From Macrostomum lignano (Eukaryota), in assembly GCA_002269645.1 (NCBI GenBank), contig NIVC01000815.1:361902-425901 (forward strand): a stretch of 64,000 bases of DNA, written 5' to 3'. The position numbers were made by a program, and so were the translations under genes. The notes under the pieces were generated by a model. That model ran no database searches and was not told the DNA's origin. It was given only the letters and a program-made list of their open reading frames with translations. Position 1 is the first letter of the stretch, and every line of letters begins with the position of its first letter. Positions 26,702-37,594 of this stretch are shown here, in pieces.

Positions 26702-29700
26702 CTACCCGGCACTCTCGCCAGCCTCCCCGCCTTCAACTGCACCAGCTGAAGGCTCAGACTGCTGCTCACCAGGTGGTGCCGACTTCTCAATCAGTCCGGC
26801 TGACTCGCTGCTCTCAGCCCACGGCTGCAGCTCGCCAGAAGAGCAGAACAGATAGAATAGCGAGGTGGCCACGTGGACCAGGGCTGCGATGAAGAACACC
26901 AGCTGCCACTCGCCGGCTGTGCCGTGTCGAGTCACTGCGCTGGCCACGATGGGAGACAGGACGCCTGTGCGGTTTCAGGGTGGGGGGTTATAGCGGCTGA
27001 GTTGATCAGGCTGCGTATGCTCTATACGGATTATTCCTTTTGCACACATCAGATTGCTAATTAAGGACTTCTTAGAAGATAACGCAGGGGAGGGGCTACG
27101 GCTCTTTTAAAGAAGACGCTCCAGTACATGCATTTAGCCTCTTGGGCAGGACATCTGCCTACCTACCAAAAGAGACAGGTGCGCCCACCTATACATGTAA
27201 ATCCGTGCATCCGACGTCAGACGTTCCCGACATCGTGCGACGTCCATTGCAAATTTTTATTTTTATACCTTACACAGACGTTCACCCGACGTTAGTAAAA
27301 AGTATTTAGGACGGCAGGAATAACAAAAAATAATCAGAAGTACTCGATTGGTCATCGTAGGATGATGGATACACCTGTCAATCAGTGGAACATGTATAGC
27401 TACGAGCTACATGTAAAGCGCGATCAAGTAGAGCTCGGGACCAAACCCGAGACACTTTATCCAAGTCCCTCTCTTGTAGGGTTTTCAGCCGACTTTTCCG
27501 ACAATTTATCGATTGCATTCAGTAGCCCTCCCTCTGTTTCATTTGCCAACCAACAAAGTTCGACAGTCTGGCGCTCACCTGACACGGTGCCAACACCATT
27601 GGAGATGCCCATCAGGAATCCAGCGAATCTGGGCGCAATGTCCAAATGGTTGACGCCGTAGCCGGACATGCCAATCCCCGTGAAGCCCAAGCCTATGGTC
27701 AGGAAGGCTGTGGACAGGTAGAGATTGCGCGAGATGCCCACAACAACTAGGCAGGCCGCCATTACGCCGAACCCGACAGTGTTGAATAGACGACGCGTCG
27801 CCGTGGTGGACAGGAACTTGCGACGAACGCAGTCGGCAAGGGTGCCACCTGCAATTTTCAGGGAGAGTTTAAGATCCATTTAGCATACTTGCGGGAGTAT
27901 TTTTATAGTATTTTTCTAGGATTGTTACGAAAGACGCTAATTTAGGTTGGGTTTAGTTTGCTTAATAGAGGAAAGGCAGACTCAAGGATGAGGGAACGGA
28001 GAGACTGACTCAAGGATGAGGGAACGGAGAGACTGACTCAAGGATGAGGGAACGGAGAGACTGACTCAAGGATGAGGGAACGGAGAGACTGACTCAAGGA
28101 TGAGGGAACGGGGAGGCTGACTCAAGGATGAGGGAACGGAGAGACTGACTCAAGGATGAGGGAACGGAGAGACTGACTCAAGGATGAGGGAACGGAGAGA
28201 CTGACTCAAGGATGAGGGAACGGAGAGACTGACTCAAGGATGAGGGAACGGAGAGGCTGACTCAATGATGAGGGAACGGAGAGGCTGACTCAAGGATGAG
28301 GGAACGGGGAGGCTGACTCAAGTATGAAGGAAAAGAGAGGCTGACTCAAAGATGAGAGAACGGGGAGGCTGACTCAAGTATGAAGGAACAGAGAGGCAGA
28401 CTCAAGGATGATTAATCTAATTGCCTCGCAATATTGTTATCGATTTGTTCTTAGTGAGTGAGTTATATTCTAACATAAATGTACATCTTGGTTTGCATAA
28501 TTCATGTACATCGTATTGTTCACTTTTAGAACCTCAAATATATAATCGCTAACTTGGCCAGTTTGGGCCTCACGTTTTTTCTCGCTCAGCTTAAACCGCA
28601 GTCTTCAGACTTTACAATGAAGGAAGACTCAAGGATGATAAAGGAACGGAGAAGCAGACTTAAGGATGAGGGAACGGAGAGGCTGACTCATGGATGAGGG
28701 AACGGGGAGAGGCTGACTCATGGATGAGGGAACGGAGAGGCTGACTCAATGATGAGGGAACGGGGAGAGGCTGACTCAAGGATGAGGGAACGGGGAGGCT
28801 GACTCAAGGATGAGGGAACGGAGAGGCTGACTCATGGATGAGGGAACGGAGAGGCTGACTCAAGGATGAGGGAACGGGGAGGCTGACTCAAGGATGAGGG
28901 AACGGATAGGCTGACTCAAGGATGAGGTAACGGAGAGGCTGACTCAAGGATGAGGGAACGGAGAGGCTGACTCATGGATGAGGGAACGGAGAGGCTGACT
29001 CAATGATGAGGGAACGGGGAGAGGCTGACTCAAGGATGAGGGAACGGGGAGGCTGACTCAAGGATGAGGGAACGGAGAGGCTGACTCATGGATGAGGGAA
29101 CGGAGAGGCTGACTCAAGGATGAGGGAACGGGGAGGCTGACTCAAGGATGAGGGAACGGATAGGCTGACTCAAGGATGAGGTAACGGAGAGGCAGAATCA
29201 AGGGCTGAGCTGGAGAGCGAGTTAAGAAGCAAATTTTAGAAAGGTTGAAAACTTATTATAATAGTATATCTAAAAGCAATTGAAAAGCTTGAATAAAATG
29301 GACAGAACTGAAAGCAGACTTTGAACTGGGCATTTCTTGAAAAGCTTTAAAAAGAACGCACCAACTGGCGTGAGCCCGGCCATGAGCAGGAACGGAATCA
29401 TTAAATAAATTCCAACCTCCTCGCTATTCAAATCGAACACTCGCGAGAAATAGGCCGGCAGGCCGATCATGCTGAACTGGAAGCTCCAGTTGCGCCCGAC
29501 GTTGGCAAATACGATGGCCCATACGGGCAGCGACCTGACCATCGCTGCGCAAGGCACCTGGCCTGTAGCTGTGGCTGGCACGCTGCTGCTCTCAATGTAG
29601 GCCAGCTCCTCCGGGCTGATGTAGGGATCGGTTGCCGGCCTAGAGTGCACGATGAGGAACCAGGCAACCGCCCAGGCGCAGCCGAGCGCCCCAAAGATGT

Positions 29701-30331
29701 AAAAATTCACTGGCCAGCCCAGATTGGTGGTGACGGCGCCGCAGAGCGGCAGGCCAACAATGGGCCCGAGGGCCATGCCGAAGAAGGAAATCGTCACTAG
29801 TTTGGATCGCTCCATCTCGGGCGCCCAGAATCGCCAGATGCCGTGAACGGAAGGATAGAGGCAGCCCTCGGCCATGCCCTGCAGCAGCCGGATGGTGAGG
29901 GTGACGCCGAATGCGGCGGACGGCACCTCCAGATGAGCGGCCGTCGGCACGGCAATGTTCAATAGGCAGGTGATCAGCACGGAGCTTCCCAAGAGCATGT
30001 TTGGCTCCAGGTAGGACGACATGAAGCCAGCCGGTATGCTGAACAAAGCGTAGCCGATAAAAAATGAAGCCTCAATGATGCCAATGTCCAGGTGATCCCA
30101 GGCCACCTCCTGAACCAGCTCGATTTTGTAGTAGGTGTGATTCCGAGCGGTCATCTCCACCTTCTCCGGTTGCTTTTTGGTCATCTTGATAATGGCGATG
30201 CCCATCTCTGAGCGCATCGCCAGCACCACCATGAGGCCGAGGCAGCTGAGCCACGCCACTACGTAGCGCTTCCAGCCGGGGCCGGTGCAGCGGCCTTCAG
30301 CTATGCCGACGCCCGCCGATTTGCCCGACAT
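26702..30331 (-). CDS. VGLUT: SLC17 family anion transporter, vesicular glutamate transporter (VGLUT/EAT-4)-like, ~500 aa
   Basis: Exons 30331-29362, 27848-27579, 26964-26702 (GT..AG, phase 1/1, 1503 nt). Motifs KRYVVAWLSCLG, EGCLYPSVHGIWRFWAPEMERSKL, VNHLDIAPRFAGFLMGISNGVGT and SGELQPWA are typical of SLC17/VGLUT. The ORF-track start at 30448 is GTG with an in-frame stop upstream; the first ATG is 30331. Confidence 0.88.
27980..28412. repeat. 28-bp minisatellite (gactcaaggatgagggaacggagagact), block 1, VGLUT intron 1
   Basis: About 15 tandem copies. Confidence 0.95.
28626..29205. repeat. 28-bp minisatellite, block 2, VGLUT intron 1
   Basis: About 20 copies of the same unit, separated from block 1 by about 210 bp of unique AT-rich DNA. 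Confidence 0.95.
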
Positions 30332-31526
30332 TTGTCTTCGTTTTTCGCTTCCGCTCCGTCCAAGGCCGATGCCGCTGCCTCCTCTGCTGTCCCAGATGAC
30401 GTCGGAGTCGTCTGCGTCGCTATTGTCGCTAGAGCCGGTTGAAGGCACCGGTTGGTGAGTCGCTGCTGTCGCTGCCGCCGCCGCCGCTGCGGGAGTGCCT
30501 CTACGATGGCTGATCGTCTTGCTCTACGCGGTCGGGAGTTCTTCCGTCTGGAATTTTCTGCGCTCTAACGAATCTGTAGATTCAGTGCAACAGTTTCCAG
30601 TGAGGCCAATATATGCCTGAATTTAGTACGGAAATGGAAAGAGACCGACAGTGGGAAGAAAAATCAAGCAACCCGCGTGTGCAATTCCTTACAATTCTGA
30701 CAGTGAGAGATCAAGTTATAGGGAAGGAAATTGCAGGGTTAGTGGTCTCTTAGACTTGCGTTGGAAATATTTGCGCTTGAATTTTTTATGTAGGCGTACG
30801 TCTCAACGCTGAACCGGACGAGTGGGTAGGAAAGATCGGTTTCGGTGTAGAGCTGGCCGGGTATTGCAGCAGGAATTGGAGCACTATAAAGCTCAACTGA
30901 GCGAGTTCTGTATAGGGGCTTGAGCAACAACGGATTAGAAGCACGGATGTACAGTTCTTCCACTCCATTCAACTGGAGTTTGTCGCCTCGGTGTGCCATT
31001 TTAAGGGAGAGGGGGAGAGAAATACTAGGAAAAGAAAAGAGAAAAGTATACCAAACTTCTCGATCCCCATTGACTCTAACATTTTGCAAGGAGGCCCATA
31101 TATGAAGGCGAATTGATTTGGGTTAAATTCTATACAGACGAAAAATTATATAAAGCTCCTGCTGCTACGGAAGGACAAAATTTTACAGAGCGGCATGGCG
31201 ACTGACGATTGTGGCAACAGCTGGCAGCTGTTGCTCGCAGAGGGGCGCGTGTATAACAAGGTACATGTATTAATAATGTCCGTATATGTACACTATATAT
31301 ACCTCAATGCTCAAAAGGCAAATTACACTCTAATCATACACAAGTGTATTGTACATGTCGTAGCTTTAAATTCCTGCGCTGAGCACTCAAATCAAGGATT
31401 TGTCATTACTTTGCTCAATAAATGCGTGTAGCTACGAACGTGCGTACGTACTTACTGTCTTTGTTTACCGAAATTCCCAGTTTTTGTTTTTTTGCGCACA
31501 CTCGGACGGAAATTAATTATTGAAGG

Positions 31527-31757
31527 GTCTGTATAAAAGCGTATTGGACACTGGACACATTGGAACCCCTTATTTTAACATTATTTATATATATACTTTG
31601 TCTTTATAAAAACGTGTAAATATTTTTTATTATTACAATTTTGCATACGCTTTTTGCAATCTTTGAATTATTAGTATCAACAAGTTACGACTTTTGTTTA
31701 AAAAAAGGGGTGTCCAATGTGTCCAGTGTGTCCAATGTGTCCAGCTTTTATACAGAC
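31527..31757. mobile_element. Small MITE-like element with ~45-bp inverted ends
   Basis: Left gtctgtataaaagc..ttggacactggacacattggaacccct; right aggggtgtccaatgtgtccag..gcttttatacagac; AT-rich core; no clear TSD. Confidence 0.55.
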
Positions 31758-33190
31758 TCATTATATTGAACATTTAAACACAAATGGCCAGAAAATTAAA
31801 ACCAGTACGGAAGTTTTTTAAAATTATAATTAATTTAGAATAAGAATTATTTATTCAGAATTAAAATATACACAAATTATGCCGTTTTGCACTCGTAAAC
31901 ACAAATTGAGAAAATTAAGTTCAAGCAACGGTAAAGCGCCACATATTGGCGGAAAGGTGCGCCGTTAAATACGCGCGGAAATGGCGAGCACCAATAATGC
32001 AAAATGGGACCAAGGTGATAAATACAGCAGCATTTTGCCGTTAATTTGCCACCTTCTTGTCGGCAAACTTTAAAGTGGTTCCTTTACTAATGGTAGATGA
32101 TCAGTCTATAACAAAGAAAACAAAACTTGACTATAAGAAGATGACCATTCGATCGAACTATATTCAAATTATCGCGATTTTTATGCCGTTAAAATGAAAT
32201 GTTTTCATCTTCGTAGAGTATTGTTGCGCAAATTTGTTTGTTGCAGACAAGATTTATCGTAGAGTGGTGTTCACAAAAAACGATCCGAGTATGTAATTAA
32301 AGACAGGAAATAAAAGTGACTAGTGTTGCTATATAATGAATCATGCAACTAAACAAGTTACAAAAATTCAAATTAAATTCATTAAAATTCGATGAATGGC
32401 AGTAAAACTTTGTTATTTTAATGGAAAATTGTAAATTTAAAATATGTATCAGTTATCGTGTTTCAAATTGTAGAATTTTATGGCTAGAGGAATTCAAGAA
32501 AACTGTTATAGAAACGAAAGCGTACCCTTCTGAAAATTCTTGTTGAGAAAGTACACCTTGGTAAGACTGATATCAATAAAACTATATTTTCTCGTTTCTC
32601 GTCCTTTAACACAATGAAACTTCTGCTATCAAAAGAGCACTTCTAGTTAAAAAGAAACTTCCCATAATTTCTAATGTAAAGTAGTGGTCGTGGATATGGA
32701 GAATTTATTTTTATTTTTGTTTTTACTGTGTTGGAATAGAGACTAAAAACATTTATAAAACTTTACACTAAATTTTATCATTAGTTCTTACTTTAGTACC
32801 TCATATATCACAACGTACATTAAGACAGCAAAAAATACAGCACGTCATCGATCTCAAAGCCAGCGCATTCAGTTTAAAATACAATATTTACTGGTATCTA
32901 AGCTATAACAAATGCTAATAATTTTTCATGTAATTTTAAGTTTTATTTAGACTTGTACTTAATTGTTTTAAGTGGTACTTGTATATCAGTTGTTTAAACC
33001 CATCGCAATACTAATTATATGACCAAAAGTGCATGTATAGATCGCGAATATTAATTTCTACCTTGACTATAATTGAAAAAACTATTCACTTTATTGCAAA
33101 GCAAATTTAAGTTATATTCATTTTTCCTTGTTCCTGACAAAAACCATTTCGTATAGGCGCTTCCAGCCACGTGGCTACAGCTATCAAGCA

Positions 33191-35828
33191 ATGAACGAAA
33201 GGCCATCGCGAGATCCGGCAGTGGACCCAAAGAACGTCAGCGTTCAGCTGCCTGTTCCAGGCGGCGGCAGCAGCCCGAGGAACCTCACGATCACCCTGGC
33301 AATCAGCGTGCAGGTGACGGAGATTCCGGGCGTCACAATCGGGCTGGCCGGCGTGGATTTGAAGCATGCCGGTCCGGTGATCCCGGATGTGTCCACCGTT
33401 CCGGCGAGCACGATGCAACAGCAGCCTGCAACACGATGCGGCACGGACGAAGCATCTTCTATCAACAAGGAAAAGAAGGTAGATAACCAATCAAATTTAT
33501 ATCATGACTAGAGGATTTCTGTGACAGAAGACTTGATATTGGTGACTCTCGGTCCAATTTTTTCCCATTTCAGAAGTCGAATTTGTAAGCAAGATATTTG
33601 TTGAAGCTCAAGGAGCTGCGATGCTGCCGACCTGTTTAAATAACCTGTCAAACGTAAAATGAACGTTTGTCTTTTTTCAGCTTTTCCCGGAAGAAGAAAA
33701 CCCAGAATTCGCAGATACTTCAACAGCAGCAGCAGTTGGCAGGACCAGGCGAACCAGCGACCTCTGAAGCTCTTATGCCCCCTGAGCCTGTGAACAGCGC
33801 TCTTCCCGTCGCTCCGCAGGGCAAACCTTTGCCACCGACTTCTAGCGGCACCCTTGAACTGCCTACGCAGCCGTCGCTGCCTCTGCCCTCGGCCAGTTCA
33901 GCTAGAGCAGGCAAAAAGTACGACTCTGCGAGCATTGCTAGTCCGTCTGCTTTTTTAAATCAGAAGATAAAAAACCTATGGCAAGGGAGTCTGCGAAGGC
34001 GGGGATAGGAGGGACCTGCCTCCAATTTAGTTGCCTCACATTAGACTTGTGGAGAAATAAAGAAGCGCTAGCAGTAACCAATGAAACAAAGTGTACTTGC
34101 TTTTGAGAGAGTTATGGACTAAAAATGGAGCTATAATTCTGGACTTCTGCGGCGCCAAAATAAGTCCCATGGGCGCCAAGATAGGTGCCAAAAACTGCTG
34201 TTACTGTCCACCCCACCAACCTGACAAAGAAGACGATGTACGTTTGATCGTCCTATATTCACGTGCTTGTACAACATTGGTTCCTGAATTGACCATTCTA
34301 ATATTCAAAATCATATTAATAGCTCGTACAGCTAGTAAAACAAAATAGTAGAAATGCTTTAACCTAGTATAACAAAACATACTTTGAGTTGCTAAAAACC
34401 CCTATGAAAGGCCAAACAAAGGCGGCAAAACTGATGAAAACAAAACTGAAAACGGCGACGACAGCTCGGACGACGAAATCGACATGACGAAGGCGGCGGC
34501 GGCGGCGGATCTGGGCGGCAGGAACACGGTGGAAAGCGAGATTGGCGACAATGGGGAGAACACCTGCGGCTCAGGCGGCGCTGGCAAGGCGGGGGCCTCT
34601 GGCAGAAGCAAGTAAGCAGCTATTTGGTCTTCGATCTACGAGTATTACAATAGTTAGCTAGTGCGCAGAGGGCTCTAGGCTATCTCTGTAACCCGAGCAC
34701 ACATAGTACATCTTTTACATATTCAGACTTCAATGACTGCCATATTGAAACCACAGGCAACAATTAAAATAAATTTCCCCATCTTTTTAGAAAGTTTCAA
34801 CTCTTTGGCAGAAGCAAAAAAGACAAACCCAAGGGCAACGCCGATTCCGGAACGTTCAACTTCCCGCAAGATTTGCCAGACAATGCCAAGACGCTGTTTC
34901 AGGTAGGCTTCGGTGGCAATACCTATGCAATGGCGCAGCTGCAGAATCTCAGCAATCCAACCCGTCACTGCACTTCTAGATCATGTCGGACAGCCGCCTC
35001 ATCGCCACAGTCTACGCTTCTAACGCCGGTCGCACTCCGGCCGTGAAAAAGCAGAAAGCCCTGCTGACAGAGAGCGCCGAGAAGCGCTTCACGGTCGACG
35101 GCAAGTCCCGGTCAGTCTGGCTGGATCCGCCTGCCGGGGAGAAGGTGGAGATTTGGAAGGAGTACTTTGGCGACGATGGAGAGTGCAACAGAGCTCTGGG
35201 CAGGCTGCCCGGCACTGACAAGTGTGAGTCAGCTGTGTGTGGGTCATGGAGCAGCTGTGCTCAGCACTGACAAGTGTGAGTCTGCTGTGTGTGGGTCATG
35301 GAGCAGCTGCGCTCAGCACTGACAAGTGTGAGTCTGCTGTGTGTGGGTCATGGAGCAGCTGCGCTCAGCACTGACAAGTGTGAGTCTGCTGTGTGTGGGT
35401 CATGGAGCAGCTGTGCTCAGCACTGACAAGTGTGAGTCTGCTGTGTGTGGGTCATGGAGCAGCTGTGCTCAGCACTGGCAAGTGTGAGTCTGCTGTGTGT
35501 GGGTCATGGAGCAGCTGCGCTCAGCACTGGCAAGTGTGAGTCTGCTGTGTGTGGGTCATGGAGCAGCTGTGCTCAACACTGACAACATGACAACTGAATT
35601 TGTTGCGTGCTGGGTCTTAGCGGAGCCAAGATTGAATGTTTTTTGTCCCCATCAAACCAGAGTTTGCTGAGGAACAATCTTTTTCAACTATCTTTCAACT
35701 CAGACGGCTACATCCTGAGAGACGAGATCGATGAAGAAGGCCAGTTTGCGCCCAAGGAGGAGCAGGAAGCCTACAATGACAGCCTCCAATTGCTGACCAT
35801 GTTCATGGACATCTACGGCAACGATTGA
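33191..35828 (+). CDS. Uncharacterised 7-exon protein, paralogue B (~405 aa)
   Basis: Exons 33191-33478, 33574-33584 (11 nt), 33681-33917, 34411-34611, 34791-34902, 34980-35223, 35704-35828. GT..AG introns, phases chain (1218 nt), homologous to paralogue A (NTVESEIG vs NTVDSETG; NFPQDLPDNAKTLFQ|IMSDSRLIATVY; GTDK|YGYILRDEIDEEG). The acceptor at 34410 is weak. A possible extra upstream exon 31195-31260 would splice in frame to 33167. Confidence 0.8.
35213..35585 (+). repeat. Short array (7 full units + partial) of the same 52-bp satellite, last intron of paralogue B
   Basis: Units start at 35213, 35265, 35317, 35369, 35421, 35473, 35525; near-identical to the reverse complement of the 3825-19483 unit. 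Confidence 0.97.
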
Positions 35829-36639
35829 GCAGCAGACTTTACTAGTATATTGCTTCTTTTTTTATTAGGCTCATATGAGTCAACAAACAGAGCACGGGGT
35901 TACAAAGACTCCGATAATCTTAACTATTTCAGACCCGAGGTGTCGGAATAGAACCCTCACTAGGGAGCCATCAGACGCATTCTACTCTCGAAATTCGACT
36001 GATTTAATCTTAGTCGCCAGTTCACTACCTGCTTCCGTTACCTGTTAAGCTTTGAAGCAATATATCATTAAAGCACACATAATTATTCATATCGACAGTT
36101 TCAAACCACAGTTACTATCTTTACGACTGCATGCCAAATGTTTAGAACTAAGCTCGACTTAGAAGCGCATGAAAATAAAGTCTAAATTTTGTATTCCCGC
36201 AAAGCTTCATCGAACACATTTGAAATCGAGCATTAAGAGGTTGTGCCTAGTAGTTAATAGATCGAATATCATCATTGTCTGGCTGGCTGACTGAATCATT
36301 TGGTTTGCTCCCGGCAGATCTGCCTGCTAAATTAGTCCTGTCTAACCTATTTTGGATCAATTAGGGTTTTGAACAGCAAATGCAAGCGGCAGGATGTTTG
36401 CATTCTACGCATCTCTGATGGTGAAGGCTGTTCTGAAAGTAGACAGTCCCACAGAGGAAATGTTCAATGGACATCTACTTCCGCGTACACGGCTTGCAGA
36501 GTGGTATTCAAACCGGAAATTCCAAGTCACTGGAAATTACAAAGGCCTAGCAAAAAGCTGTCACTGTACAATCATGCACGCAACTAAGACATAAAATGGA
36601 TCATTTTACACACACCCCAGTTCTCTGTATAGTACAAGA

Positions 36640-37325
36640 CACATGAATCACTGTACATTCAACCAAGGCCTCACTAAAGTGGCACCAGACACACACATCG
36701 GATCACTGTGCATTCAACCAAAGGCCTCACTAATGTGGCATCAGACACACACACATCGGATCACTGTGCATTCAACCAAAGGCCTCACTAAAGTGGCACC
36801 AGACACACACATCGGATCACTGTGCATTCAACCAAAGGCCTCACTAAAGTGGCACCAGACACACACACATAGGGTCATTCACCCAAGGCCTCACTAAAGT
36901 GGCACCAGACACACACATAGGGTCATTCACCCAAGGCCTCACTAAAGTGGCACCAGACACACACATAGGGTCATTCACCCAAGGCCTCACTAAAGTGGCA
37001 CCAGACACACACATAGGGTCATTCACCCAAGGCCTCACTAAAGTGGCACCAGACACACACATCGGGTCACTGTACATTCACCCAAGGCCTCACTAAAGTG
37101 GCACCAGACACACACATCGGGTCACTGTACATTCACCCAAGGCCTCACTAAAGTGGCACCAGACACACACATAGGGTCATTAACCCAAGGCCTCACTAAA
37201 GTGGCACCAGACACACACATAGGGTCATTCACCCAAGGCCTCACTAAGGTGGCACCAGACACACACATAGGGTCATCACCCAAGGCCTCACTAAGGTGGC
37301 ACCAGACACACATCGGGTCACGATG
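36640..37325. repeat. 48-bp minisatellite (cacccaaggcctcactaaagtggcaccagacacacacatagggtcatt), with longer variant units
   Basis: About 13 tandem copies between the 3' ends of paralogue B and USE1. Confidence 0.95.
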
Positions 37326-37594
37326 CGAGTGTACGTGCTCCTGATGTGTGATTAAACGTTGGCACTCTTAACTTATCCATGTTAGCTACAGTAATTTAAT
37401 CCGTCAACTACTTAAGATTAAGAATATGCAGTGTAGAATATGAATAATGCATAGTTTCTGTGTCAACAAGTCACCAGTGCACCTTTAAATACGCGTAAAT
37501 CTGGTTAATTTAATATTTTAAACAGTATATTTTTACAAATTTATCAACAAGTCAATAAAAATCACCAAAGTAATTCCAATCGAATTGCACGCGC

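Noticed and set aside
30739-31105. ORFs 30739..31089 and 30920..31105
   Set aside because: No recognisable motifs or splice support; they lie in the presumed divergent promoter region between VGLUT and paralogue B.
36640-37325. Shared catagggtcat motif between the 48-bp repeat and the atypical first unit of the 52-bp satellite (19430-19440)
   Set aside because: An 11-nt match only; the rest of the units are unrelated.
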